Below are positions 48,694 to 59,705 of a stretch of DNA of 64,000 nt, piece by piece (position 1 is the first letter of the stretch; the number at the start of each line of letters is the position of its first letter). Under the pieces are notes generated by a model, which did not search any database, was not told the origin of the DNA, and worked only from the letters and a program-made list of their open reading frames with translations. This DNA is from an uncultured archaeon (GTDB lineage Archaea > Asgardarchaeota > Lokiarchaeia > Sigyniarchaeales > SOKP01). The translations under genes and the position numbers were made by a program. The DNA lies in contig CAYUTF010000002.1 in assembly GCA_964447495.1 (NCBI GenBank), positions 37,288 to 101,287 of the forward strand, in the 5' to 3' direction.

Positions 48694-49688
48694 TCAGCAT
48701 ATTCCTTATTTAGGATTTCAATTGCTTTTTCCATATCTTTTAACGCTTTTTTTCTCTCTTTTGGAGTCATATTATAAAAATCATCTTCTGCGTTTATGCC
48801 AATTTTTTGAGATTCTGCTATAGGTTTAAATTTTTTATATACCAATGCTGTTATATAGCGCTCATAATGAGATAAAGCCTTATTAAGCTCAGGATTATCC
48901 TTAATTTTATCCCATAATTCTAAAGTCTCTAAAGATCTTATCCCTATATCAATACGAAACCAAGATATTGGAAAGAGTAGCTTCTTTTTAATACCATATT
49001 CGATAATTTTAATATTTTCACTATCAATATAAATCTCAGGTATTTCATCCTTACTAAAAACTATATTGTCGCTCATTATATAGAGGTTAGCCGCATTTCT
49101 GGAAGTACAGACTATACCAACCGCAAAGCCTTTTGCTAATCTTAATTTATTAATTAAATCTTCAAGATGGGTCCCTTTAATATGTAAATTATTTTTTTTA
49201 GTTCCCTGAAATTCGATTTTTATTTTTTTCGCTCCCTTATCCTCTAAAATCTTTGGGAATAACTCCTTTTCTCTAGAGTGTTTATGAGCTTCCATTAATT
49301 TATTGATAATGGAATAATCAAGTTTTAGTTCTGGAATAACCGTATGTTTTTCATCTAAAAAAGCATCGACTTCAAAATCCGCAATACCATAGAATATTTT
49401 TCGATTATTTATTATTTGATAAATGGTTTTGACAATAATGTCCACTAATGCTTCAGGATCTTCACGAATAGAGTCATATTCAGTAGTCATAAATGTGTCA
49501 ATTTGATCTTCAAGCCCTTCCTCTTCATAAAAGGCAGCCCAAGACATTTCGGTATAAATATTGCCTTCATTAAAGAAATTATGGAAGCTATCTATACTAA
49601 TTATTGACTTTGAACCTCCAATTTCTACTCCTTTTTTTGTCCCGAATGCTAGAATTGCAGAAGGAGGATTGAAGAATTCTATCGACAT
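48690..49688 (-). CDS. Hypothetical protein
   Basis: 332-aa ORF with typical composition and no recognised motif. Confidence 0.6.
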   Translation of the reverse strand: MSIEFFNPPSAILAFGTKKGVEIGGSKSIISIDSFHNFFNEGNIYTEMSWAAFYEEEGLEDQIDTFMTTEYDSIREDPEALVDIIVKTIYQIINNRKIFYGIADFEVDAFLDEKHTVIPELKLDYSIINKLMEAHKHSREKELFPKILEDKGAKKIKIEFQGTKKNNLHIKGTHLEDLINKLRLAKGFAVGIVCTSRNAANLYIMSDNIVFSKDEIPEIYIDSENIKIIEYGIKKKLLFPISWFRIDIGIRSLETLELWDKIKDNPELNKALSHYERYITALVYKKFKPIAESQKIGINAEDDFYNMTPKERKKALKDMEKAIEILNKEYAD

Positions 49689-49824
49689 AATTCTATCACA
49701 ATTTAAATAATTAATATTAGATACACATTTTAAATTTAGAGTTTTTGGAAAATCTAAATTTGAGAATAATGAATATTAAAAATTGTCGATATATTGTATC
49801 CCTTTATAATTTAGGCAATGTCAC

Positions 49825-52452
49825 TTAATCATTAAAAGGTAATCTCACAATGAATGTTGAACCCTTGTTTTTACCTTCAGATTCTGCCCAAATTTTTCCA
49901 CCATGTAGTTGAACGATTTCTTTCGCAATATGAAGCCCTAATCCAGTTGTACCTAACTGAATGTCTAAATCTTTATCTAATGGGGTTTGGATTTTGCCAA
50001 ATTTTTTGAAAAGTTTTCCAATTTCATTTTTAGTTAACCCAATACCAGTATCCTTGATTCGTATATCTGCATAATCATCGTATTCTTTTATAGTTATACA
50101 TATCGTTCCTTTTTTGGGTGTATATTTTATTGCATTAGTTAATAGATTTGTAATGACCAATTCTATTCTAGATTCATCTAAATTTAAAAAGAGATTCTCA
50201 GGTATATTTAATTCGAGATTATGATCTCCTCTTTTAAAGAAATAGGTTAATTCATTCACACATTTCAATATTAGCTTAGATAAATCAACATTATGTTTTT
50301 CTAGGGTAAACATTCTTGATTCCATTCTGGAGACATCTAAGAGATCATCGACTAATTTTTTTAATCTTTTTGTGCCATTTACCGCCATATCTAGTAATTC
50401 TTGAGCATCTTTACTAACTTCATTTCGATATTGGCTATTTAATAATTGATACGCGCCATAAACGGTTGTTATTGGTGTTTTTAATTCATGAGAGGCACGA
50501 TTTATAAATTCTTTTCTCATCTCATCCAATTCTTTCAATCCTTTTTCTGCTTTTTTCTTTTCAGAAATATCATGCCCCATTATAATAATGAATGGCTTAT
50601 TGTCTATTTTTACAAATGAAGATTCAATATTAGTCCATATTTTTGTTCCATCTTTCCTAATCAATTCAACATCCATAGGGGGGATAGAAATACCCTTAGT
50701 GATTTTCTCAAGTCTTTCTAATAGCTTTGATAAATACTCTTCAGGAACTATTAATAATTTTCTATATTTTTTTCCAATCAATTCATCTCTAGAATAACCT
50801 ATGAGTTTTTCCAAAGATGGATTGCAATCTACAATCTTTCCAGACTTTTCTATGAGTAAAATAGAGAATGGGGCGTTCTGAAATAAGAAACGGTATTTCT
50901 CCTCAGACTCTTTCAACTTTTCTTGTGTTGTCTTTCGATCACTTATATCAATAAAAGAAACAAGAAATGCCGGGTTTTCTTCAAATTCAATTTTTTTATA
51001 ATAGACATCTAACCAAATTATCTCTCCCTGTTTGGTTAATCCTCTCGCTTCGTAATAAATTGCTTTATTATTTTCATACTTATCAATGGATGTAGCTAAA
51101 CTTATAATTCTTTTTTTATCCTCAGAGTGTATCGTCTTAAAAAATTCTCCCTTTTTCCAATTGAGCATTTCTTTTGCAGTGTAACCCAGTAAATCGGCAA
51201 GATTTTGATTTACATACTTCACCTGCTCATCTTGAATAATACTAATACCCATTAACGATTGTTCTGCGATTGTACGGAACTTCTCTTCGGATTCTTTTAT
51301 TCGATTTTCAGCGATTTTCATATCAGTGATATCATGAATAACACTTCTAATTCCCACAATTTCTCCTTCATTGTAAATAGGAGTCGCATAAATTCTTGAG
51401 TAGAAGACGCTCCCATCTTTTCTTTTCAGCCTTAAAAGTTGGGGTTCAATTATTTCTCCCTTAAAAAGTCTTTTTAAAACGTCGTTTACGAAATTTCTCT
51501 CATCAGGAAGAATAAAATCATTGACATGCAATCCCTTTTTAAAATCTTCATGAGAGTATCCGAAGATCTTAGAAGCTATAGAATTTGTGTATACCAAATT
51601 GTAATCGGTGTCAATTTCAAAAATAACCTCGAGTAATGATTCTGCCAAATTTCTATATCTTTTTTTCGATTCGCTTAATATTTCTGCTGTTTTTTTTCGC
51701 TCTGTAATGTCTCTAGTTACTAATTGGATTTTTAAATTTCCATCACTATCTCTGAACATATTTCCATTAGTTTCAGTCCATACATAATGTCCATCTTTAT
51801 GTCTAATCCTCGCCTCGATGATTCTCTCTTCTCCTTCAATGGATTTTTTAAATTCTTGTAATACCTTCTCTCTATCATCGGGATGAATAAACTCTAAAGA
51901 ACTGCGACCAATTAAATCGTCCTTATCATAGTTCATCACTTTTTTATGTTTTTCCTCGTTAATATATTCTATTTGCATTTCAGTGTTGATGATGGTTATC
52001 ATATCGTTTATATTTTGAGTTAATAATCTATACTTCTCTTCAGATTCTTTGAGTTTGATTTCTAATGATTTTCTCGGAGTTATGTCCTGCGCTAAAACCT
52101 GAATTAGTAAATTATCGCCTACTTTGACTAATGAACCTATTACATTAATCCATAAAGCATCTTTGTGATTATTAGTAATTAGAATTTCTCCTGGACTGAA
52201 ATTTTCACCCTTTAATAGATTTGTAAAGACATTTTTCATTTTTGGTAGAGTTGAATCTGGAATAATCCCCAGTTTAGTAAAATGATATCCAATAAGCTGA
52301 GTCCTATCATAACCAGATAATTTTTCAGTTGCGGAGTTGACTTCTACAATTTGTCCATTTAAATCTAAAAGGGTAATTGAAATTGGAGATTTCTCAAAAA
52401 TCAACCTAAATGCTTCATTATGACCCTTTTGATATAATTGATTATTATTCAA
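49825..52452 (-). CDS. Soluble sensor histidine kinase with five PAS domains
   Basis: Five S(E)EK(Y/F)R..DIT/S-type PAS units, ASHELKTP H-box, NLLTNAIKY, DTGIG, GLGL and GSTF. Confidence 0.92.
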   Translation of the reverse strand: MNNNQLYQKGHNEAFRLIFEKSPISITLLDLNGQIVEVNSATEKLSGYDRTQLIGYHFTKLGIIPDSTLPKMKNVFTNLLKGENFSPGEILITNNHKDALWINVIGSLVKVGDNLLIQVLAQDITPRKSLEIKLKESEEKYRLLTQNINDMITIINTEMQIEYINEEKHKKVMNYDKDDLIGRSSLEFIHPDDREKVLQEFKKSIEGEERIIEARIRHKDGHYVWTETNGNMFRDSDGNLKIQLVTRDITERKKTAEILSESKKRYRNLAESLLEVIFEIDTDYNLVYTNSIASKIFGYSHEDFKKGLHVNDFILPDERNFVNDVLKRLFKGEIIEPQLLRLKRKDGSVFYSRIYATPIYNEGEIVGIRSVIHDITDMKIAENRIKESEEKFRTIAEQSLMGISIIQDEQVKYVNQNLADLLGYTAKEMLNWKKGEFFKTIHSEDKKRIISLATSIDKYENNKAIYYEARGLTKQGEIIWLDVYYKKIEFEENPAFLVSFIDISDRKTTQEKLKESEEKYRFLFQNAPFSILLIEKSGKIVDCNPSLEKLIGYSRDELIGKKYRKLLIVPEEYLSKLLERLEKITKGISIPPMDVELIRKDGTKIWTNIESSFVKIDNKPFIIIMGHDISEKKKAEKGLKELDEMRKEFINRASHELKTPITTVYGAYQLLNSQYRNEVSKDAQELLDMAVNGTKRLKKLVDDLLDVSRMESRMFTLEKHNVDLSKLILKCVNELTYFFKRGDHNLELNIPENLFLNLDESRIELVITNLLTNAIKYTPKKGTICITIKEYDDYADIRIKDTGIGLTKNEIGKLFKKFGKIQTPLDKDLDIQLGTTGLGLHIAKEIVQLHGGKIWAESEGKNKGSTFIVRLPFND

Positions 52453-52625
52453 GATTGCAGCATCAATATACTTTTTTTGAATCTCTAGATTTTATATTAC
52501 AAAAATGGGTTTTTTATTCATCTAATAGAATAAGAAAGAACTTTTTTTTTAATTTAAGTAATTTTTAAAAAGTTCGTACTACCATCTTTTAATCCAAATT
52601 TATAAGGATAAGTATGAAATTAGAT

Positions 52626-54152
52626 TTAAGGAGAAGCAAAAAGAGTAAGTCTATTTCTACGATATTCTGAATATTGGCATAGAATCTTAAGACATTTTGT
52701 TGGTAAATCCCATAGTTCGAATATAGGAATATCATATGAAAGAAATTTTTGAAACCATGGATATTTATATGGAAATGGCCCAGCATAAAATACAGGGATA
52801 GAATATTTCTTCATTAAGCGTTTTATTGGTTTTAATACTGCATTATCTATCATCATCTTTATATCCTTCATTTTATCATCTAATATCATCCCCGAGTTTT
52901 CCATGGTATCTAAAACTTCATCGAAATCAAAAACACCATATACTATAATTGCATTAACCTCCCCTGATTTCATAACGATTTTTGGTATTTTGTAGAGAAG
53001 ATTAACGAAGTTTACATCAAAAGTAACATCAATCGGATTGATTGCACTTGCGGTGGGAGGAATTATCTCAAATATACTTTTTTTTAATTCACTCGAAAAT
53101 TCTGGGACAATAAGGCCATTTAACTCTGCAGTTTTAGCCATCATACTTCCACTACCTCCTGAGTCAGTTATTATCCCAATCCTTTTGCCATTTGGAAAAA
53201 TATTATATTTTTGGGCAGCAGAAAAAGTACGAAGATAATGTAAAAATTCAATAATAGAATCGGTGTGGAAAATTCCTGTAGTATTGAAAACTGCTTTCAT
53301 CATTTTATTACTCCCTCCTATAGAGCCTGTATGGCTCATTATAGAGCGTGAGGCTGCTTTTGTTCCACCCGCATACATTGCAACAATTGGTTTCTTAGGG
53401 GTAATATCTTTTGCAATTTTTATAAATTCTTTACCCCGCTTAACTTCTTCAATATATAGCCCTATTACTTCAGTTTGATCGTCATTTTTAAAATATTCTA
53501 AAAAATCTACTAAATCGATGTTTCTCTCATTTCCAACAGATATCGATTTACTTATTTTAACACCTAATTCTTTAGCATGCCAGAATGTTTGAGCCGCAAT
53601 TGTACCGGACTGACTTATTAGAGAGATATTGCCTCTTTCCGGGATCATATATGGCCAAAAAGTATTAATATAGGCATCTTTTTTCTCAGGATAGCCATAC
53701 CACGCATTATAAAACCCTAAACAATTAGGTCCTATAAATCGGATATTGTATTTTTTGGCTAACTTGTCAAGTTTATTTGATAAATTAATACCTTCGGAAC
53801 CAATTTCTCTAAATCCACCAGATGTGATTAATAGATGTTTAATTCCTTTTTGTCCGCATTCTTCCATCACATCTATGACTGCTTTTGGAGGTAATATTAA
53901 AAATGCAAAATCAGGAGTAACTGGTATATCAAAAACAGATTCATAGGCTTTAAACCCTTGCACTTTCTCTAATCTTGGATGTACAGGAAAAATTTCTTCA
54001 ATTCCTTTTCCAGTAATAATATTTCGTAATTGCATGGATCCCATTGTACTTAAAAGATTATTATTAGCTCCAAATATTGCCATACTTCTTGGATTTAAAA
54101 AGGAATATAAAAAATGATCTTTATTAGGTGATTTTTGTTCAAACTTTGACAT
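52626..54152 (-). CDS. NDP-forming acyl-CoA synthetase alpha subunit (CoA-binding)
   Basis: LNPRSMAIFGA, RFIGPNCLG, SQSGT, SVGNERNID, SHTGS and NPIDVT. Confidence 0.87.
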   Translation of the reverse strand: MSKFEQKSPNKDHFLYSFLNPRSMAIFGANNNLLSTMGSMQLRNIITGKGIEEIFPVHPRLEKVQGFKAYESVFDIPVTPDFAFLILPPKAVIDVMEECGQKGIKHLLITSGGFREIGSEGINLSNKLDKLAKKYNIRFIGPNCLGFYNAWYGYPEKKDAYINTFWPYMIPERGNISLISQSGTIAAQTFWHAKELGVKISKSISVGNERNIDLVDFLEYFKNDDQTEVIGLYIEEVKRGKEFIKIAKDITPKKPIVAMYAGGTKAASRSIMSHTGSIGGSNKMMKAVFNTTGIFHTDSIIEFLHYLRTFSAAQKYNIFPNGKRIGIITDSGGSGSMMAKTAELNGLIVPEFSSELKKSIFEIIPPTASAINPIDVTFDVNFVNLLYKIPKIVMKSGEVNAIIVYGVFDFDEVLDTMENSGMILDDKMKDIKMMIDNAVLKPIKRLMKKYSIPVFYAGPFPYKYPWFQKFLSYDIPIFELWDLPTKCLKILCQYSEYRRNRLTLFASP

Positions 54153-54296
54153 AATTCTAAATTTAATGTCTATAATTGTTAAAATCTATTAGAATTTATA
54201 AGACGGTAAATAGTAAAATTAACTAAATAATTTGAATGTTTTTTTATTTCTAAATAAGTTATAGAGAAAAATTAGAGATTTTTTGATATTTCCCAA

Positions 54297-54827
54297 TTAA
54301 GATTTTCCAGTTGAACCAAAACCTCCTAATCCTCTGTCTGACTTCGGTAAATTTTCGGTCTCAATGAACTCATATTCATATAACTTTCCTAAGATTAATT
54401 GGCAGATTCGATCTTCTTTCTTGAGTATGACGTCTCTATTTGATAAATTAACGACAATCGCCATCCACTCATTTCTATACCCAGAATCAATTGTACCTGG
54501 ACTATTCACAATCGATATACCTTCCCAAAGGGCTAATCCACTTCTTGGAACCACCTTAAAATAATATCCTTCCGGAATAGCTGTTGAAAAGCCAAGTGAG
54601 CACCCTATTCTATCTAAGGGTTTTAAAACATAAGTATCTGATGCAACATCGATTAACTCTTTCCTTCCACCTTCAGAAACGATTCTTTTGAACCCCATAA
54701 TCCTGGCATCAGCCCCTGCATCCCCCGGTTTTGAAGGCTCTGGAATCTGTACGCTTTTATCCAATTTCTTTAAGGGGATTGATAATTTTTCTTGTACCAT
54801 TTGCTTAGAGTCTTTTTTACTATTCAT
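54297..54827 (-). CDS. dut: Trimeric dUTP diphosphatase
   Basis: AGADA, PRSGLA, GTIDSGYR, RICQL and RGLGGFGSTG. Confidence 0.93.
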   Translation of the reverse strand: MNSKKDSKQMVQEKLSIPLKKLDKSVQIPEPSKPGDAGADARIMGFKRIVSEGGRKELIDVASDTYVLKPLDRIGCSLGFSTAIPEGYYFKVVPRSGLALWEGISIVNSPGTIDSGYRNEWMAIVVNLSNRDVILKKEDRICQLILGKLYEYEFIETENLPKSDRGLGGFGSTGKS

Positions 54828-54980
54828 TTTATATCTATATCTATTATTATAAAAGATAATTAATAGTTTTTATTAAATCATAATTAATGGAATAAAGAAA
54901 AAACATTATAAAATCACTAATCATTAAGAAAATTATCAATTAATTCACTCTCTAAATTATTAGTTTTTAAATGAAAAATC

Positions 54981-55436
54981 ATGATTGTTATCGATAGATA
55001 CGATCCTCGTTTAGATCGGGATGCCTTAAAAGAAATTTTTGAAGATTTCATTGAGAATAAATCATTTTTCTTTTCTCACTGGCAGAAGTTTGAACAAGAA
55101 TTAAATAAGCGTGTTTTAGATTTACAATATAGGAACTCCATGATTGTAGCGAGGGAGGATGGAAAATTGGTTGGTTGGGGTACGTACACTTCTTTCAGAG
55201 ATTATCTGGGAAATGATAGAGCCATTATTCATCAAATTCTTACTAAAAAAGAGGATTCCTATAAAAAAGGTATCGACGAAATAATGATTCGCGAACTACA
55301 GTTATATATTAAGAAGACCCTTAAACTTGATAAAGTTTATTACTTTTGCCCCGATTCTGACGGAGCATTGCGAAGCGTGTTTATGAAGCTTGGAATTAAG
55401 AAAGCCAAACATTTCCTCTATGAAAATGATATCTAA
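54981..55436 (+). CDS. GNAT-family acetyltransferase-like protein
   Basis: MIVAREDGKLVGW..YKKGIDEIMI..FMKLG. Confidence 0.65.
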   Translation: MIVIDRYDPRLDRDALKEIFEDFIENKSFFFSHWQKFEQELNKRVLDLQYRNSMIVAREDGKLVGWGTYTSFRDYLGNDRAIIHQILTKKEDSYKKGIDEIMIRELQLYIKKTLKLDKVYYFCPDSDGALRSVFMKLGIKKAKHFLYENDI

Positions 55437-55513
55437 GTATGAAATTTATTTGTATTTGTATATAAACATAAATAATCTTAAAGAGAATTAAGAAATATCC
55501 AAATTGATGTTAT

Positions 55514-55621
55514 TCACTTTTTTAATAACCGATTATGAATAATACAGCATATAATAAATATCAATAAGATCACTATTCCAGCAAGAATATAACCACCAAA
55601 AGCCTCAATTATGTCTAACAT
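55514..55621 (-). CDS. Possible 35-aa single-pass membrane peptide
   Basis: Hand translation: MLDIIEAFGGYILAGIVILLIFIICCIIHNRLLKK. Confidence 0.4.
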   Translation of the reverse strand: MLDIIEAFGGYILAGIVILLIFIICCIIHNRLLKK

Positions 55622-55857
55622 GATTTGTTCTATCCATTATCGGATTTAGTAATAGCAATATGATCTAAACTATATTTCTATTTAAAATTTATCTGTAGAT
55701 AAGACTTGAATGCATAAACTATAAAGAAAAAGAAAAAAATAAAAATTAAATAGATTAACTTGAGCAACCTTTTCATATGCGCTAAAGGATCTCTAAGGCA
55801 TTTATCTTCTCATATGCTTGATTAGGCTATGTTATTGCGCTGAAATAATAAGATGAA

Positions 55858-56073
55858 TTAGCTTTTTTCAATTTGGAAATTTACTTGGACTCGGACTCGA
55901 TAGATTAATTTGTCTTGATCTTCCTTAACTTTAACATCGCTTTCAACGATCTGAATGTTCCTAATACCCCGTAATGTTTTCTTAGCTTCATCGTACGCGT
56001 TTCTGACCGCATCTGCCCAGTTCTTATCGCTCGTTGCTACTAGCTGAATACTTTTATACACTGGCATTTTCAA
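55858..56073 (-). CDS. Dodecin-family flavin-binding protein
   Basis: VYKSIQLVATSDKNWADAVRNA..TLRGIR..YRVRVQVNF. Confidence 0.88.
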   Translation of the reverse strand: MKMPVYKSIQLVATSDKNWADAVRNAYDEAKKTLRGIRNIQIVESDVKVKEDQDKLIYRVRVQVNFQIEKS

Positions 56074-56318
56074 TACACCTTTTAATTCAATAAATTTTCA
56101 TTGATTTCTTAAGTAAGTCATATTTTAATTATTTTATATTTAAATATTACGCTAATTTTAATGAAAGCTTTGATGATTAATAGATATAAATATAACTCTA
56201 ATTGATTTATGAGGCGTTTTTTGAGCGCTTTAATTCTTTTTATATAATTTAAGTTTTAAAAAGGAGTATATTAATTAAATGGAATAATTTAATTATCATA
56301 TTTAATCAAATTGATTTC

Positions 56319-56948
56319 ATGAAAATCTTGAATGGAAACAAAGATAAAATAAGTAAAGCACTTAAACTTAAGAAAGAGGAAAAATTTGAGGAAGCTTTAG
56401 AAATTTTGAATGATCTACATAAAAGCAAGCCTAATTCTAAAGATATAAAAAACGCTTTAATTGAGGTTTTGTTTGAGTACGGCGCGTACTTAAATGATGA
56501 TTGGGTTTCAGGCTATGAAAAAGCTGTTGAATGTTTTAACAGAATTATTGAAATTGATGGAAATCATTACAAAGCATGGTATAATTTGGGCATAGCCTTC
56601 TTCAAATTAAAAGAAACTGAAAAAGCATTAGAGGCATATAACCAAGCACTAAAGATAAAACCCGATTATGAATATATCTATTACAATATCGGATTGCTAT
56701 ATGAAGTTGATAAAGAGGATTTAGAGACTGCTTTAAAGTATTATGAAGAGGCTTTAAGATTAAATGAAAATTTTACATATGCCCTCCAAGCAATGAGAGA
56801 TGTCCGTCAGAAATTGGAGTATATTAAATTAAACAAGCAAAAAAAAGATGTTTCTGATTTTGAAACCCAAATTATTTGTAAAAAATGTGGGAATATAAAT
56901 AGAGCTAGTGCTAAATTTTGTGATGAATGTGGAGAATCGATACACTAA
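56319..56948 (+). CDS. TPR protein with C-terminal zinc ribbon
   Basis: AWYNLGIAF and IYYNIGLLY TPR units; CKKCG..FCDECG. Confidence 0.85.
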   Translation: MKILNGNKDKISKALKLKKEEKFEEALEILNDLHKSKPNSKDIKNALIEVLFEYGAYLNDDWVSGYEKAVECFNRIIEIDGNHYKAWYNLGIAFFKLKETEKALEAYNQALKIKPDYEYIYYNIGLLYEVDKEDLETALKYYEEALRLNENFTYALQAMRDVRQKLEYIKLNKQKKDVSDFETQIICKKCGNINRASAKFCDECGESIH

Positions 56949-57013
56949 AAGCATTGAATTAACTATCAATGAAAAATAAATAAAAAAAAGAATTACTTAA
57001 GAAATTAACAAGA

Positions 57014-58324
57014 TTACGCATCAAGGTTTTCAAGTAGTATAGCAACGCCCTGTCCACCACCACAACAGGCGTTTGCAACTCCATATTTCGCTTTTTTCTC
57101 CTTAAGAATGCGAGCTAATGTACCTGGTAATCGTACCATTGTAGAGCCTAATGGATGACCTATCGCTGTTGCACCTCCCTTGATGTTAACTTTCTCTTCA
57201 GGAATGTTGAAGTAATGCATGCATCCAAGTGTGACAATACAAAAAGCTTCGTTTATTTCCCAGAAATCAATTTGATCTGCTTTTAATCCAGCATGTTTTA
57301 AAGCCATTTCTGTTGCGGGTATTGGTCCCCATCCCATAATAGTAGGATCAACACCTGCCCATCCTATACTGACGACTTTAGCCATTGGTTCAAGTCCCCG
57401 CTTTTTAGCTTCCCCCGCTTCCATTAATACTGCTGCTGTAGCCCCAGCATTTAAAGGACTAGAATTACCTGCTGTTATGACTCCTTCTTTCGTTCCTTCT
57501 CTCTCAAGATATCCTTCCTTACCCCCAATATCCACACCTTTCCAATTCTTTTTGAGATAGAAAGGTTTTGAAAGTCTTCTCAATGCTGCAACTTTTTCTA
57601 GAACAGATTTTCTAGCAGCCATATCTTTAGTTATCATCATTTTCTCATCAGGATTGCCTTCAGCATGTCCTTCAATGGGGATGATTTCACCATCAAACCA
57701 TCCTTTTTCTTGATTTTCAACCGTTAGGTTATGACTTCTTACTCCAAACTTATCTAAATCTTCTTTAATAAACGCAGGAGTAATATATTCATATAATTTT
57801 TGAGCTGTCTGCAACATGTTTGTAGTGGTAAGTAAATCATATTCTGGTCGATACCATATACTATTTTTATTTATCATCAATAAGTTAGGTTTAATATGCG
57901 GATTATTTTTTAAATCCATACCTACACGAGTCATATGTTCAAAACCGGTGGCTAATGTGCATTTACTATATCCACACATGATTTCCATAGCACCTACATG
58001 AAATCCGCTACCTGCAGAACCACATTGTCTATCAACACATAATCCAGGAACAGTCACAGGAAAGCTTGCCATAAAAAGGGGTAAGCGACCCCCATAGGTC
58101 CAATTCTCTCCTACAGCCATCGCTGATCCAATAGTGTATTCATCAATATCTTTTTTTTCAATGCCTTTATCTGCTAATTTTTCATCAAAAAATTTCATTA
58201 ATAAATGAGCCATTAGTTCATCTGCACGTTGATCACCAAAAACATCTCGTTCAGGAGTATCTGGTCTTGAACGAGAAAAAGCAGTGCGTGCATAATCAAT
58301 AAGCCATACTTCTTTTGTTTCCAT
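57014..58324 (-). CDS. Acetyl-CoA C-acyltransferase (thiolase)
   Basis: DRQCGS, TAGNSS, EINEAF, GHPLG and ACCGGGQG. Confidence 0.92.
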   Translation of the reverse strand: METKEVWLIDYARTAFSRSRPDTPERDVFGDQRADELMAHLLMKFFDEKLADKGIEKKDIDEYTIGSAMAVGENWTYGGRLPLFMASFPVTVPGLCVDRQCGSAGSGFHVGAMEIMCGYSKCTLATGFEHMTRVGMDLKNNPHIKPNLLMINKNSIWYRPEYDLLTTTNMLQTAQKLYEYITPAFIKEDLDKFGVRSHNLTVENQEKGWFDGEIIPIEGHAEGNPDEKMMITKDMAARKSVLEKVAALRRLSKPFYLKKNWKGVDIGGKEGYLEREGTKEGVITAGNSSPLNAGATAAVLMEAGEAKKRGLEPMAKVVSIGWAGVDPTIMGWGPIPATEMALKHAGLKADQIDFWEINEAFCIVTLGCMHYFNIPEEKVNIKGGATAIGHPLGSTMVRLPGTLARILKEKKAKYGVANACCGGGQGVAILLENLDA

Positions 58325-58533
58325 ATTAGATTTTACCTCAATATTTTGAATGAATTTTTAATTTATTTCGAATAAGATTTTATTCTAGCTTAAGAAATCG
58401 TAAAAATATATTAAAGTTTTTGATAAAATAGAGTCTAGAGATACACAAACAAGTTAGCATTTTTGAAAATAAATAACGCGATTATGTTGTTTTTTTAGAA
58501 TTATTTTTATTTTTAGAAAATTTAAGATAAAAT

Positions 58534-58956
58534 ATGACCATTTCGCATGGAGAAAAAAATCATAACGCATTAATTTCTATAATTGCTGGTAGTACTTCAG
58601 ATAAAGAAGTATATGGAAAAGCTGAAGAAGTTTTAAAAGAGAATAAAATTGCTTATGATTTACAAATTATTTCCGCTCATCGTGATCCAGATAAACTTGA
58701 TAAATATTTAAAATCCTGTAAAAGTCTTATTTATATTGCTGTTGCTGGATTATCTGCGGCATTACCTGGGGTTATTGCTTCAAAAACAAACAAACCTGTG
58801 ATTGGTGTCCCTGTAAGCGCTAAATTGGGAGGTTTAGATGCATTATTATCAATTGTTCAAATGCCTCCAAGAGTACCAGTGGCCTGTGTTGGAATCGATC
58901 GGGGAGATAATGCTGCTTATTTAGCAATTAGAATTCTTAATCTTATAAACAAATGA
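58534..58956 (+). CDS. purE: AIR carboxylase / N5-CAIR mutase
   Basis: [26 protein letters not shown] and SIVQMP. Confidence 0.92.
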   Translation: MTISHGEKNHNALISIIAGSTSDKEVYGKAEEVLKENKIAYDLQIISAHRDPDKLDKYLKSCKSLIYIAVAGLSAALPGVIASKTNKPVIGVPVSAKLGGLDALLSIVQMPPRVPVACVGIDRGDNAAYLAIRILNLINK

Positions 58957-58969
58957 AAGGAGAGCAATT

Positions 58970-59680
58970 GTGAGTAATACTAAAGTAGAAATTGGGAAAA
59001 AAAATGCTGCTATAAAAGCGATTGATGATAATATTAAAGAGAATTTAGTTATAGGAATAGGCAGTGGCTCTACAATTGTATACGCAGTGAATCGAATTGG
59101 TGAATTAAATAAAAAAAGAGAATTAAATCTTAAATGCATACCCTCTTCATTTCAAGCTCGCCAATTAATCATAGATAATAATTTGAATTTAGTTTCAATG
59201 GAACAATATCCTGAAATCGATATAGATTTTGATGGTGCTGATGAGATTGATCAAAATCTTAACCTTATCAAGGGAGGTGGAGGATGCTTAGTTCAGGAGA
59301 AAATTTTAGCATCTAATTCGAAAGAGACGATAATTATAGTAGATTATAGAAAAAATTCAACCCATTTAGGAGAAAATTGGAAAAAAGGTGTACCGATAGA
59401 AGTTATTCCAATGGCATTTAATCCTTTATTAAAAAAATTTTCAAAGATGGGAGGTAAACCTATACTAAGAATGGCTCAAGCAAAAGCAGGACCGCTCGTA
59501 ACTGATAATAATAACTTCATTATTGATGTTAATTTTGGAGTGATAAAGAATCCATTAGAATTAAATAAGCAATTATTAAATATTCCAGGAGTAGTAGATA
59601 CGGGATTGTTTATAGATTTGGCTACAAAAGTCTATATTGGACAAGAAAATGGAGAAATTCTCATCTTAAAAGGTAAATAA
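58970..59680 (+). CDS. rpiA: Ribose-5-phosphate isomerase A
   Basis: GIGSGST, DGADEID, KGGGG..QEK and PGVVDTGLF. Confidence 0.95.
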   Translation: MSNTKVEIGKKNAAIKAIDDNIKENLVIGIGSGSTIVYAVNRIGELNKKRELNLKCIPSSFQARQLIIDNNLNLVSMEQYPEIDIDFDGADEIDQNLNLIKGGGGCLVQEKILASNSKETIIIVDYRKNSTHLGENWKKGVPIEVIPMAFNPLLKKFSKMGGKPILRMAQAKAGPLVTDNNNFIIDVNFGVIKNPLELNKQLLNIPGVVDTGLFIDLATKVYIGQENGEILILKGK

Positions 59681-59705
59681 AAAAAGAAAAAGAAAATACT
59701 TATTA

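Noticed and set aside
55765-55855. Slightly GC-richer stretch downstream of dodecin with a repeated GCATATG, considered as an ncRNA or SECIS
   Set aside because: I could not build a convincing stable structure or family motif by eye; an Infernal/Rfam search would be needed.
57480-57600. Insertion in thiolase (KKNWKGVDIGGKEGYLE) as a possible hidden intron
   Set aside because: Only a 6-bp stem without BHB geometry; the ORF is intact.
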